64,000 nucleotides of DNA, from NCBI RefSeq assembly GCF_035548195.1, contig NZ_DASZTY010000037.1, forward strand, positions 13,775-77,774. Direction: 5' to 3'. Below the pieces are notes generated by a model that did not search any database, was not told the origin of the DNA, and saw only the letters and a list, made by a program, of their open reading frames with translations. Of the stretch, positions 36,172-46,190 are shown one piece after another; position 1 is the first letter of the stretch; every line of letters begins with the position of its first letter. The DNA comes from Hyphomicrobium sp. (GTDB taxonomy: Bacteria; Pseudomonadota; Alphaproteobacteria; Rhizobiales; Hyphomicrobiaceae). Made by a program: the position numbers and the translations under genes.

Positions 36172-37255
36172 CCGCTTTCCCGGACGTGCCGAACCCGCCA
36201 TGCCGGCTGGGGGCTACGATCCATACGACGAACCGCCGACGATGCTGCCCACCGGCGCAGCCTCATACCAATACAATGGATCGGACGCTCATGCGACGAT
36301 TGAAACGACGGACCCCTATATTCCGCCGCGCGGCAGCGATCGAAGCCGAAAGATGAAAGTGATGGCGCCCGTCGTGCCGCCGGGCTCCGTTACCGGCCGT
36401 TCGCTAACGCTCGTCATCGCGATCATGTGCTTCCTTGCCTGTCTTACCGCGGGTGCCGTATGGATGATCAAGGAGTCCTCCGATGCCTGGCTCAAGGATA
36501 TCGCAAGCGAAGTGACGGTTCAGGTGACGCCGCAGGAGAACGGCGATACCGACAAGGCCGTCACCGATGTGGTTACCTATCTTCAAAAACAGCGCGGCAT
36601 TGCGAATGTCAGGGCGCTCAGTCTCGACGAATCCGCCGATCTCCTGAAGCCCTGGCTGGGCTCCGGCGACGCGCTCAAGTCACTTCCCGTTCCGCGCCTG
36701 ATTGCGGTCCAGGTCGATCGTGACAATCCTCCGGCGCTTGCAGACGTCGGCGCAGCGCTCGGACGGGAGTTCAACGGCGTCTCTCTCGACGATCACCGGC
36801 GGTGGCAACGGCAAATCCGCGCCGTTACGCGATCAATGGCGTTAGGCGGGCTAGCGATACTGGCGCTTGTCGGAGCAGCGACGATGGCGATCATTGTCTC
36901 GGCGACGCGTAGCGCGATGGCATCGAATCGGGAAATCGTGGAAGTCCTTCACTTCGTCGGAGCGACGGACAAATTCATCTCCCGCGAGTTCGAGAAGCAT
37001 TTTCTGCGGCTCGGTATAAAAGCGGGAATTGTGGGGGCGACGTGCGCGATGGTCGTCTTCATGAGTATGCCGGCCATAACGGAGCTTCTGGGCGGCGGGG
37101 CTGTGAGCGCGGTCGAAATGCAGCGACTCATTGGCACCGGGTCGCTCGATGCCCTCGGTTATGTGATCCTCGGCCTCGTCGTGATCATTATCGCGGGCCT
37201 GTGCATGGGGACGTCGCGCGTCGGCGTCCATCGCATTCTGAACGGCCGACATTAG
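36155..37255 (+). CDS. ftsX: cell division permease-like protein FtsX
   Basis: Its ATG overlaps the end of ftsE. After an N-terminal extension of about 70 aa come the typical IVPPGSVTGRSLTLVIAIMCFLACLT TM1, a periplasmic domain and three C-terminal TMs. The start is uncertain (36137, 36155 or later Met codons). Confidence 0.8.
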   Translation: MSGSSSRFPGRAEPAMPAGGYDPYDEPPTMLPTGAASYQYNGSDAHATIETTDPYIPPRGSDRSRKMKVMAPVVPPGSVTGRSLTLVIAIMCFLACLTAGAVWMIKESSDAWLKDIASEVTVQVTPQENGDTDKAVTDVVTYLQKQRGIANVRALSLDESADLLKPWLGSGDALKSLPVPRLIAVQVDRDNPPALADVGAALGREFNGVSLDDHRRWQRQIRAVTRSMALGGLAILALVGAATMAIIVSATRSAMASNREIVEVLHFVGATDKFISREFEKHFLRLGIKAGIVGATCAMVVFMSMPAITELLGGGAVSAVEMQRLIGTGSLDALGYVILGLVVIIIAGLCMGTSRVGVHRILNGRH

Positions 37256-37421
37256 CAGAGCCCGCAATGCCTGGGCCATGGCGGTGCAGGCTTGCGACAT
37301 CACGCAAAATGCGAAAAGACAGGCGCTCATGCTGTAAGCTGCCCGCTCCGTAAGAATCGGCTATGCGTCGGGACCGGCGGCTTGCGGCCGATCCTTTGCA
37401 CCATTCAACGTCCGTGATCCG

Positions 37422-38066
37422 ATGAAGGGGTTTTCGCAATCAGTCGTTTCAATGCTAGCGCTCGCTCTTGGCGCGCTGGTATTCGGATTCCTGCTGTTCG
37501 CGATTTCCGTCACGCGGGAGGACGTCAATGGCGAAGATAAAGCCGACGGAATCGTGGTTTTGACGGGTGGCGATCTCCGGATGGAAGCGGGCGCTAAACT
37601 CCTGTCGGAAGGCAGGGCCAAACGACTCCTAATCTCCGGCGTCAATCGCAAGGTTACGCGACGAGAGATGCAACATCTGCTTGGGCTAGACGCGAAGACA
37701 TTCAACTGCTGTGTCGACCTTGGCTATGAGGCGCTCGACACTGTCGGCAATGCGGACGAAACGCGGACATGGGCGAAGAATAACGGCTTTGTCCGGTTAA
37801 TTGTCGTGACCTCTCGCTATCATATGCCACGCAGCCTTGCGGAGCTCGCGCTCGCCATGCCGAATGTGACGTTACTGCCTTTCCCGGTGACTCCGCGCCG
37901 CTTTCCAGAGACGGCTTGGTGGTTGCACGCGTCGACGACGCGAGTGCTCGTTTCGGAATACCTGAAATATCTTCCTGCTGTCGCCCGCTTGGCAGCCCAG
38001 CGCGTCATTGACTGGCGCGACGATCGTTCCGTTGCCGCGACCCTTCCAAAGCGCGCCGATGGCTAA
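37422..38066 (+). CDS. YdcF/ElyC/SanA family (DUF218) protein
   Basis: 214 aa with an N-terminal TM. Motifs: GIVVLTGG, LLISGVN, DTVGNADET and IVVTSRYHMPRS. Confidence 0.8.
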   Translation: MKGFSQSVVSMLALALGALVFGFLLFAISVTREDVNGEDKADGIVVLTGGDLRMEAGAKLLSEGRAKRLLISGVNRKVTRREMQHLLGLDAKTFNCCVDLGYEALDTVGNADETRTWAKNNGFVRLIVVTSRYHMPRSLAELALAMPNVTLLPFPVTPRRFPETAWWLHASTTRVLVSEYLKYLPAVARLAAQRVIDWRDDRSVAATLPKRADG

Positions 38067-38859
38067 TCGTGCGGAACGCCGCCCGAGCGGTCTCGTGATC
38101 GTCAGGTCGCTGATTTATTTCTTTACGTTCTATATTGTGACCGCGCTCTATCTCGTGCTCGGGTCCTGGCTGTTGTTGGGTCCGCGATCCTGGGCCATGA
38201 AAGGCCTTGAGCTGCACGGACGCACCTGCGTCTGGCTTCTTCGTTTGATTTGCGGAACGAAGCTCGACGTGCGCGGACAAGAAAATCTTCCGAAGAGTGG
38301 CTGCCTCGTTGTCGCCAAGCATCAATCAGCTTGGGACAGTTTCGGACTGATTTCTCTTTTCCGAGATCCGGCCATTGTGCTGAAGGACGAGCTGAAATGG
38401 ATTCCGTTCTACGGCTGGTTTTGCGTCAAGTTCGAGCACATCCTCGTCAAGCGTGAGAAAGCTTCGGCGGCCCTGAAAGCACTGATCCGGGATGCCAAGC
38501 AGCGGGTCAGCATCGGGCGCGAGGTCGTTATCTTTCCGGAAGGGACGCGCACGATTCCGGGAGCGCCGCCGGACTATAAGCCCGGTTACATCGCGCTCTA
38601 TGAGGCGCTGAACGTGGTCACCGTGCCGCTGGCGTTGAACTCAGGGCTCTTCTGGCCGAGGCGGAGCATCTGGCGCTATCCGGGCACGATCGTCGTCGAG
38701 TTTCTTCCCTCATTGCCGCCGGGTCTTCCGCGTACGGAGTTTCGCCGTCGCATAGAAACGGAAATCGAAGCGGCCAGCCGGCGGTTGATTGAGGAAGCCG
38801 CCCAGGGTGACGAGCCGCCGCCTCTCGCGCGGCAAGCCGAGAGCAAAGGTTCGATTTGA
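38059..38859 (+). CDS. plsC: 1-acyl-sn-glycerol-3-phosphate acyltransferase
   Basis: Start refined to MANRAERRP..., overlapping the DUF218 gene stop by 8 nt. Has the HX4D motif VAKHQSAWD and the FPEGTR motif. Confidence 0.85.
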   Translation: MANRAERRPSGLVIVRSLIYFFTFYIVTALYLVLGSWLLLGPRSWAMKGLELHGRTCVWLLRLICGTKLDVRGQENLPKSGCLVVAKHQSAWDSFGLISLFRDPAIVLKDELKWIPFYGWFCVKFEHILVKREKASAALKALIRDAKQRVSIGREVVIFPEGTRTIPGAPPDYKPGYIALYEALNVVTVPLALNSGLFWPRRSIWRYPGTIVVEFLPSLPPGLPRTEFRRRIETEIEAASRRLIEEAAQGDEPPPLARQAESKGSI

Positions 38860-38912
38860 CCGGTCATTAGCGGACGCAAACGCGTATCGGCCGCTTGCTT
38901 CTTGTCGGACGA

Positions 38913-38941
38913 TTGACACGTCTTCTTTTGGAACATATAGT
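38913..38941 (+). promoter_or_regulatory. near-consensus sigma-70 promoter upstream of nrdJ
   Basis: TTGACA (38913-38918), a 17-nt spacer, then TATAGT (38936-38941), about 50 nt upstream of the nrdJ ATG. Confidence 0.5.
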
Positions 38942-38990
38942 GAACATGAATTGAAGATGCGGCGCAAATCCCTATATTTCGGGAACCCAA

Positions 38991-41426
38991 ATGAGCGCGA
39001 TTTTGTCAGGTTTGCCAGCGATTTCCGGCGCCATTTGGCGGCGGAAATACCGCTTTGCCGGATCGTCCACGGCGATCCAGGACCAATCGGTCGAGGACAC
39101 TTTTCGCCGCGTCGCCACGGCGGCGGCGTCCGTCGAAAAGAACAACAATCTTCAGCAGCAGTGGGCGGGCGCGTTTTACGACGCCATGGCCGATTTCGGC
39201 TTCCAGCCGGCTGGCCGAATCCTTGCGGGGGCCGGCACCGACCGCAACGTGACGCTTTTCAATTGCTTCGTGCTGGGCCAAATCCCGGACGACCTGTCGG
39301 GTATCTTCGAGAGCGTCAAGGAAGCGGCACTGACGATGCAGGCGGGCGGCGGCATCGGGCACGACTTCTCTACCCTTCGTCCGAGCGGTGCGCCGGTCAA
39401 AAGTATCGGAGCGGATGCTTCCGGTCCTGTCAGCTTCATGGACGTCTGGGATGCAATGTGCCGCACGATCATGTCGGCCGGACAGCGTCGGGGCGCGATG
39501 ATGGCGACGCTGCGGTGCGACCATCCGGACATAGAAGCGTTCGTAGCGGCAAAGGCCGATTCGCAGCGGCTCAGAAATTTCAATCTCTCGATTCTTGTCA
39601 CCGACGCTTTCATGGACGCCGTGAAACGCGGCGCGCGGTGGGATCTCGTGTTCGAGGGCAAGGTGTATAAAACGGTCGAAGCGCGGACGCTGTGGGATCA
39701 GATCATGCGCGCGACATACGATTACGCCGAGCCGGGCGTGATTTTCATCGACCGCGTCAACGCCGCGAACAATCTCTCCTATTGCGAAACGATCTCGGCT
39801 ACGAACCCCTGTGGGGAGCAGCCGCTACCTCCCTATGGCGCGTGTCTGCTCGGATCGATCAATCTGGCGCGGCTCGTCGAGAAGCCGTTTACGCCGGATG
39901 CGCATATTGACGTGGCGAAGCTTGAGGCGCGCGTGGCGACTGCCGTGCGCTTCCTGGATAATGTCATCGATCTTTCACGGTATCCGCTGCCCCAACAGGC
40001 GGAGGAAGCGCGCGCCAAGCGGCGGATCGGTCTTGGTGTTACCGGGCTCGCGGATGCGCTGATTTTCCTTGGCCTCTCGTATGGAAGTGCGGCGGCGCGT
40101 GAAGCCGCGGCACTATGGATGTCTGTCATTCAGAATGCCGCTTATCGTGCGAGCGCAGCGCTGGCTGCGGAGAAAGGGGCCTTCCCGCTCTACGATGCCG
40201 AGGAATTTTTGGCGCGGCCCAACGTTGGGCGGCTCGGCAAGGATGTGCGCGACGCAATTGCGGCACACGGCATCCGCAACGGCTGCCTGACGTCGATCGC
40301 GCCGACGGGAACGATTTCGCTCCTTGCGGGCAATGTTTCGAGTGGGGTCGAACCAGTCTTTGATTTTGTATTCCGGCGGCGCGTCCTCGGTGACGACAAT
40401 GCCGCGACGGAGGAAACGGTCGAGGATTTCGCGCATCGGGTGTTTCGCGCTGCGTTCGGCAGCGACGTGGAACTGCCCGATACGTTCGTGACGGCGGAGA
40501 CGCTTTCGCCCTCTGAGCACGTCGCGATGCAAGCGGCCTTGCAGCCGTATGTCGACAGCGCCATCTCGAAAACGATCAACTGCCCGGAAGACATCAGTTT
40601 CGAAAGCTTCCGCGATATCTATCTTGCGGCTTACGATTCCGGTCTCAAGGGGTGCACGACGTACCGTCCTAACGCGGTGACGGGTGCAGTTCTGTCGCGC
40701 GAGACATCTTCCAGCGGGGATGCTCCGCGCAATGAAGCGGCAAAAGCTGCAATTGTTTCGCCGCAGAAAGCATCGGGCAAGTTCGCGAACGAAGATCCGG
40801 CGGTGGCTCCTGGCGTTGTCTACATGACAAAGCCGCTCGAACGCGATGCCGCGCTGGAAGGGGTCACATATAAGATCAAATGGCCCGCAAGCGCGCACGC
40901 GCTCTACGTCACCATCAATGACATCGTCCGCGATGGGCGCAGGCGGCCCTTTGAAGTGTTCATCAATACGAAGAACCTCGAACATTATGCTTGGACGGTT
41001 GCCCTTACCCGCATGATCAGCGCCGTCTTTCGCCGCGGCGGCGACGTCGCATTCGTTGCCGAGGAGTTAAAGGCGGTTTTCGATCCCGAAGGCGGGCGCT
41101 GGATGGATGGGCGTTATGTTCCGAGCCTGTTGGCGGCGATCGGCGACGTTATTGAAGAGCATATGCTCCGGACCGGATTTTTAACGCGCGACGATCCGCA
41201 CCTGACGCCCGATGCCGAAACACGACGCCAAGCTGTCGCTATTACTCAGGGGTTAAAAGATCCTGCTTCCGATGGGTCATTCGCTCACGCGACGGGCGAC
41301 CAGGATGTCCTGCATTCGGCTCCAATTGCTGGAGCGCGCATTTGTCCGCGTTGCGGGGATCGCGCGTTGCGGCGCATAGAAGGGTGCTGGACCTGCGCGA
41401 ACTGCACCTATTCGCGCTGCGGCTAA
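38991..41426 (+). CDS. nrdJ: adenosylcobalamin-dependent (class II) ribonucleotide reductase
   Basis: 811 aa with RFLPAGRIL-type N-terminus (FQPAGRILAGAG), NPCGEQPLPPYGACLLGS (active-site Cys/Glu loop) and CTTYRP. C-terminal zinc ribbon CPRCGD...CWTCANC. Confidence 0.92.
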   Translation: MSAILSGLPAISGAIWRRKYRFAGSSTAIQDQSVEDTFRRVATAAASVEKNNNLQQQWAGAFYDAMADFGFQPAGRILAGAGTDRNVTLFNCFVLGQIPDDLSGIFESVKEAALTMQAGGGIGHDFSTLRPSGAPVKSIGADASGPVSFMDVWDAMCRTIMSAGQRRGAMMATLRCDHPDIEAFVAAKADSQRLRNFNLSILVTDAFMDAVKRGARWDLVFEGKVYKTVEARTLWDQIMRATYDYAEPGVIFIDRVNAANNLSYCETISATNPCGEQPLPPYGACLLGSINLARLVEKPFTPDAHIDVAKLEARVATAVRFLDNVIDLSRYPLPQQAEEARAKRRIGLGVTGLADALIFLGLSYGSAAAREAAALWMSVIQNAAYRASAALAAEKGAFPLYDAEEFLARPNVGRLGKDVRDAIAAHGIRNGCLTSIAPTGTISLLAGNVSSGVEPVFDFVFRRRVLGDDNAATEETVEDFAHRVFRAAFGSDVELPDTFVTAETLSPSEHVAMQAALQPYVDSAISKTINCPEDISFESFRDIYLAAYDSGLKGCTTYRPNAVTGAVLSRETSSSGDAPRNEAAKAAIVSPQKASGKFANEDPAVAPGVVYMTKPLERDAALEGVTYKIKWPASAHALYVTINDIVRDGRRRPFEVFINTKNLEHYAWTVALTRMISAVFRRGGDVAFVAEELKAVFDPEGGRWMDGRYVPSLLAAIGDVIEEHMLRTGFLTRDDPHLTPDAETRRQAVAITQGLKDPASDGSFAHATGDQDVLHSAPIAGARICPRCGDRALRRIEGCWTCANCTYSRCG

Positions 41427-41674
41427 TATTTTCTTCCGCGCAACCTTATTCCAACCGTTACCAGATATTGATGCTTGCACCCGCAAGGCCGACTAAAGCT
41501 CAGGCTGAGTGTGTGCAATCTACGTGCTTCTCAACAATTCATTGACCAAGGCTTTTCCGAGTCGGCGGGCCCGTCAAATTTTCGATCCAAAGTTCACGAT
41601 TCCTCACGTCCCTGAGGGCTATCACGGACGCAAAACAAGTGTACGGCGAAAGTTGCCGATCAGGGGTGTGCGTT

Positions 41675-42100
41675 ATGAGTGCCGAAATAATCTGGCTTGC
41701 CGACGTTCGGGCGCGCCGGGCCAGCAAGGAAGCCGAACAGATCGTCGAAGCCATCGCTCCGACAACCTCCGAAAATGCGCCGAGATTCCATTTTTGGACA
41801 GGTGCTTCCGGCAAGCGCTACGTGCATACTGTTTATAGCATCTTCGACTGTCCGACGCTCGAAGACGCAAATTACATTCTTGTCCGTAAGATAGACAAAT
41901 CTTCTCGTGCCGTACTTGCCATTGGCCGGCTTTGCAATCAGTCGCCGACGCTCAATCTCGCCGAAATCCGCCAACACGCGTCGGCCCTCGGCGCCGACGA
42001 GGTTCATGTCCATCTGCTCGCCGGATCGCCGCAGGAAGCGCTTGCGGTAGAGGAAGACCTCATCACGGCGCAATTCGCCGCCGGACCGCGCTCGGCTTAA
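41675..42100 (+). CDS. hypothetical protein (141 aa)
   Basis: Start refined to MSAEIIWLADVRARR... Central block FHFWTGASGKRYVHTVYSIFDCPTLEDANYILVRK. No family recognised by eye. Confidence 0.55.
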   Translation: MSAEIIWLADVRARRASKEAEQIVEAIAPTTSENAPRFHFWTGASGKRYVHTVYSIFDCPTLEDANYILVRKIDKSSRAVLAIGRLCNQSPTLNLAEIRQHASALGADEVHVHLLAGSPQEALAVEEDLITAQFAAGPRSA

Positions 42101-42116
42101 GCGTATTCAGCCTCTG

Positions 42117-43079
42117 TCAGCGAGCCGATGACTTTGCACCGGCTCCGGCCCTCCGTCCAAAGTCGGGCTGCGGCGTATCCTGGCTCGCCTGGATGATGCC
42201 GCGACGGATCGTGCGCGCGTCGGTAAACAGTTTTTCGAGTGTGGCGCCGTCGCCAAAGCGAATGGCGCGCTGCAGCGTGACGAGATCCTCCGAGAAGCGC
42301 CCGAGCATCTCAAGGACCGCTTCCTTATTGTTGAGGAAGACGTCGCGCCACATCACGGGATCGGAAGCCGCTATACGCGTAAAGTCGCGAAAACCGCCCG
42401 CTGAGAATTTGATGACTTCTTTGTCCGTCACGCGTTCGAGGTGCGCGGCGGTATTGACGATGTTATAGGCAATCAAATGCGGCACATGACTCGTGATTGC
42501 GAGTACCATATCGTGATGGTCGGGCGACATGATTTCGACGTCGGAGCCAAGCCGTTCCCAGAATGTGCGCAGTTGCGCGAGCGCGGACTCATCGGCGTCA
42601 GCTTCCGGCGTCAGAATGCACCAGCGGCCGTCGAACAATTCCGCGAATCCCGCGTCCGGGCCGGATTGCTCGGTGCCAGCCACGGGGTGGCCCGCGATGA
42701 AGTGCACGCCCTCTGGAATATGGGGTGCGATATCGCGCACGACGGCGCTCTTGACCGATCCAACGTCGGAAACGATTGCGCCCTGTTCGAGATGGGGCCC
42801 AATCGTTTTTGCGATCGCGGCGTAAGCGCCGACCGGGGCGCACAGAATTACAAGATCGGCGCCGCGTACTGCCTCGGAGGGGTCGGCGTACATCTTCGTT
42901 GCGAGGCCCAGTTCCTCGGCGCGCTTGCGCGTCTCGGACGATGGCGAGCTGCCGACGATTTCGCCGACCAGCCCGGCGCGCCGCGCGGCGTGGCTGATCG
43001 ACGACCCGATCAGACCGACGCCGATCAGCGCCAGCCGCTTGAACATCGGCGCTTCTGCACTTGTCGGATTATCGCTCAT
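42117..43079 (-). CDS. tyrC: prephenate/arogenate (cyclohexadienyl) dehydrogenase
   Basis: Its ATG overlaps the hisC stop (ATGA at 43077-43081). Motifs: LALIGVGLIGSSI (Rossmann), VSDVGSVK and GHPVAGTEQSG. Confidence 0.88.
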   Translation of the reverse strand: MSDNPTSAEAPMFKRLALIGVGLIGSSISHAARRAGLVGEIVGSSPSSETRKRAEELGLATKMYADPSEAVRGADLVILCAPVGAYAAIAKTIGPHLEQGAIVSDVGSVKSAVVRDIAPHIPEGVHFIAGHPVAGTEQSGPDAGFAELFDGRWCILTPEADADESALAQLRTFWERLGSDVEIMSPDHHDMVLAITSHVPHLIAYNIVNTAAHLERVTDKEVIKFSAGGFRDFTRIAASDPVMWRDVFLNNKEAVLEMLGRFSEDLVTLQRAIRFGDGATLEKLFTDARTIRRGIIQASQDTPQPDFGRRAGAGAKSSAR

Positions 43080-44182
43080 CACGCAACGCCTTTGAGAAAT
43101 TCGGTGAGCGCCGCGATTGTACGCTTGTTGTCGTCCTCCGAACCGATCGTCATGCGAAGGGCGTTCGGAAAACCATAGGCACCGACTTTGCGCAGAATTA
43201 TGCCTTTTGATTTCAGATATTCGTCGGCTGCGGCTGCGTTCTTCGCGCCGTTATCCTTGAAGTGAAACAGAACGAAGTTGGCGACGCTCGGAGTAACGCC
43301 GAGCCCCAGTTTTTCAAGCTCGCCTACGACCCAGGGCAGCCATTCGTCGTTGTGACGCTTGGCTCGTTCCATGTGCTCGATATCGTCGATCGCGGCGGCA
43401 CCGCTTGCGATTGCGGGAGCCGACAAATTGAACGGGCCACGGATGCGGTTCAGGACGTCGGCAACATTTTCGGGGCAATACACCCAGCCGATGCGCAGCG
43501 CCGCGAGGCCGTGAATCTTCGAGAACGTGCGCGTCATCACCGTGTTGGACGTGGTCGCGACCAGTTCGAGACCGGCCTCGTAGTCATTGCGGCTGACGTA
43601 TTCGGCGTAGGCGGCGTCAAGCACGAGCAGGATGTCGTCTCTAAGGCCCGCGCGGAGGCGACGTACCTCCTCGATCGGAATGTAGGTTCCAGTCGGATTG
43701 TTCGGGTTGGCGATGAAGACGACGCGCGTTCTCGGCGTGATGCGGGCGAGGATGGCATCGACGTCGGTCTTGAGGTCGCGTTCGGGAGCAACGATAGGTG
43801 TCGCGCCGTTGGTCAGGATCGCGATCCGATAAACGAGAAACCCGTGTTCGGTGTAAATCGCCTCATCGCCTGGGCCGAGATACGCCCGCGCCAGTAATCC
43901 GAGAAGCTCATCGGAGCCCGAGCCGCAGACGATGCGGGCGGCGTCCAGTCCGTAGCGGCGCGCGATCCCGTTTCGCAGGAGGGTCGCCTGGCCGTCCGGA
44001 TAGCGTTCGAGTTCCGATGCCGCGGCCTGGAAGGCCGCAATCGCCTTCGGGCTTGGCCCAAGCGGCGTTTCGTTCGACGACAGCTTTGCCGGCCTGATAT
44101 TGCCCACTGCCTTGCTCTCACCGGGCACGTAGGCTTCGATGTCGAGAATGCCTGGGCGTGCAATTGGCGCCGTCGTTACCAT
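43079..44182 (-). CDS. hisC: histidinol-phosphate aminotransferase
   Basis: Start refined to [21 protein letters not shown]. Motifs: [20 protein letters not shown] and [14 protein letters not shown] (PLP Lys). Confidence 0.9.
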   Translation of the reverse strand: MVTTAPIARPGILDIEAYVPGESKAVGNIRPAKLSSNETPLGPSPKAIAAFQAAASELERYPDGQATLLRNGIARRYGLDAARIVCGSGSDELLGLLARAYLGPGDEAIYTEHGFLVYRIAILTNGATPIVAPERDLKTDVDAILARITPRTRVVFIANPNNPTGTYIPIEEVRRLRAGLRDDILLVLDAAYAEYVSRNDYEAGLELVATTSNTVMTRTFSKIHGLAALRIGWVYCPENVADVLNRIRGPFNLSAPAIASGAAAIDDIEHMERAKRHNDEWLPWVVGELEKLGLGVTPSVANFVLFHFKDNGAKNAAAADEYLKSKGIILRKVGAYGFPNALRMTIGSEDDNKRTIAALTEFLKGVA

Positions 44183-44330
44183 ATTTGTCCCGAGCCACTG
44201 AGTAGAATTGCCGTTAGCGGGCGCATTGATAGGGGCTTCACCCGTTGAAATCAAAGTTTAAAGTTGACTTTATTGACCACAGGCCTAGCAAGCCGATACG
44301 CCCATTAAACGCAATCAACCGGCCGCCACG

Positions 44331-45536
44331 ATGACCGCCGCATCGCCTGACGTAATCGCCTCTGTCGCAAGGCGACAGTCGGAGATTCATGCCCCGTCGA
44401 GCCCCGTCGTCCATTTCGATGAAAGTGCGCCGTTGCGCCTGGCTTGCCAGCAGGATCTCGCACCCTTTTCCATTGCCTATGAGACCTATGGCACGCTGAA
44501 TGCCGCGAAATCCAACGCCATCCTGATCTGTCATGCCTTGACGGCCGACCAGTATGTCGCAAGCCGCCACCCGATCACAGGCAAGCCGGGCTGGTGGGAC
44601 AATATGGTCGGGCCTGGCAAGCCGATCGACACCAGCCGGTTTTTCGTCGTCTGCTCCAATGTGCTGGGCGGCTGCATGGGGTCGACCGGCCCGGCATCGA
44701 TCAATCCAAAGACAGGTGCTCCGTACGGGCTTGATTTTCCCGTCATCACGCTCGGTGACATGGTTGAAGCCCAGGCGCGGCTGATGGACCATCTCGGAAT
44801 CGACCAGCTTTTCGCGGTCATCGGCGGGTCAATGGGCGGCATGCAGGTGCTCGAATGGTCATCGCGATTCAAGGATCGCGTGTTTGCTGCTGTGCCGATC
44901 GCGACCGCGGCTTGGCATTCGTCGCAGAACATCGCGTTTCATGAGGTCGGGCGGCAGGCCGTCATGGCCGACCCCGAGTGGGCGGGCGGCAACTACTATG
45001 CTGCCGGGAAGGTGCCGCGGAACGGTCTGGCCGTGGCGCGCATGGCCGCACACATCACCTATCTGTCGGAAGAAGCTCTGCATCGGAAGTTCGGCCGAAG
45101 CCTGCAGGACCGTTCGGAGAAAACATTTTCCTTCAGCGCCGATTTCCAGGTCGAGAGCTATCTGCGCCATCAAGGATCGACTTTCGTCGACCGCTTCGAT
45201 GCCAACAGCTATCTCTACATCACGCGGGCGCTCGATTATTTCGACATGCGCGAAGGCCGCGATGGCGTGCTCGCGAACGCATTTCGCGGGACCAAGACTC
45301 GTTTCTGCGTCGTGTCGTTCACATCCGACTGGCTCTACCCTACGCGCGAGAGCCGCCGCATCGTCCAAGCTCTTAACGCAGTGGCGGCCAACGTTTCATT
45401 CGTCGAAATCGAAAGCGATAAGGGCCACGACGCGTTTCTGCTCGACGAGCCGACGTTCCACGCGACCGTGCGCGGCTTCCTCAATGCCGCCGCGATCAAA
45501 CGTGGGCTTGGCGGCGAGACGGAGAAGCAGCCATGA
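44331..45536 (+). CDS. metX: homoserine O-acetyltransferase
   Basis: 401 aa with [25 protein letters not shown] and [10 protein letters not shown] (nucleophile elbow). Followed by metW with a 4-nt overlap. Confidence 0.93.
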   Translation: MTAASPDVIASVARRQSEIHAPSSPVVHFDESAPLRLACQQDLAPFSIAYETYGTLNAAKSNAILICHALTADQYVASRHPITGKPGWWDNMVGPGKPIDTSRFFVVCSNVLGGCMGSTGPASINPKTGAPYGLDFPVITLGDMVEAQARLMDHLGIDQLFAVIGGSMGGMQVLEWSSRFKDRVFAAVPIATAAWHSSQNIAFHEVGRQAVMADPEWAGGNYYAAGKVPRNGLAVARMAAHITYLSEEALHRKFGRSLQDRSEKTFSFSADFQVESYLRHQGSTFVDRFDANSYLYITRALDYFDMREGRDGVLANAFRGTKTRFCVVSFTSDWLYPTRESRRIVQALNAVAANVSFVEIESDKGHDAFLLDEPTFHATVRGFLNAAAIKRGLGGETEKQP

Positions 45537-46186
45537 ACGCTCCCGACTTGTCGGCACCTGTCGCGGAAAAGAAGACGCACCGCGTCGATCATCTGTTGAT
45601 CGCCGATATGGTGGAGGCAGGCTCGCGGGTGCTCGATGTCGGTTGCGGCGATGGCGAGTTGTTGCAGCTTCTTTCGGAGCGGCGCGGTGTGGACGGCCGA
45701 GGTGTTGAGCTTCAACGTGAAAAGGTCAACGCCTGCGTGGCGCGTGGACTTTCCGTGATTCAGGGAGACGCGGACCGCGACCTCGACAATTATCCCGACC
45801 AAGCTTTCGATTACGCCATCCTTTCTCTGACAATCCAGGCGACGCGGCAGCCGAAGACGGTGCTTGAGAATCTTCTGCGTATTGGCCGTCATGCCATCGT
45901 GTCGTTTCCGAATTTCGGTCATTGGCGCATTCGCGCGGGACTTCTGTTCGGCGGGCGCATGCCAATGACAACCAACCTTCCGGATGTCTGGTTTCTGACT
46001 CCCAACGCGCATCTCTGCACGATCCGTGATTTCGCCGATCTTTGCGCCAAGGTCGATGCCACCGTGGAACGCGCGGTCGCGTTTAACGACTACGAACGGC
46101 AACTGCCGATCAAATGGTCGCTCTCGATGCAAAACCTTTTCGGCGAGAAGGCTGTGTTCCTGCTTCGAAATTCGAAGCAACCGTGA
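45533..46186 (+). CDS. metW: methionine biosynthesis protein MetW
   Basis: 217 aa with [12 protein letters not shown] (SAM-MTase-like fold) and [10 protein letters not shown]. Confidence 0.92.
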   Translation: MNAPDLSAPVAEKKTHRVDHLLIADMVEAGSRVLDVGCGDGELLQLLSERRGVDGRGVELQREKVNACVARGLSVIQGDADRDLDNYPDQAFDYAILSLTIQATRQPKTVLENLLRIGRHAIVSFPNFGHWRIRAGLLFGGRMPMTTNLPDVWFLTPNAHLCTIRDFADLCAKVDATVERAVAFNDYERQLPIKWSLSMQNLFGEKAVFLLRNSKQP

Positions 46187-46190
46187 ATTT

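Noticed and set aside
38860-38990. Cobalamin riboswitch upstream of the B12-dependent RNR
   Set aside because: The leader after the predicted promoter is only about 50 nt and has no B12-box-like sequence (AGYCMGGNGNCCKGCC type). B12 riboswitches normally repress B12-independent isozymes, not nrdJ.
44183-44330. Possible SAM-II or SAM-V riboswitch upstream of metX
   Set aside because: metX/metA leaders in Alphaproteobacteria often carry SAM-II. I see no AAAGCU element or the U-rich/GGCUU pseudoknot partners here, only AAAGTT repeats. cmsearch with RF00521/RF01826 would settle it.
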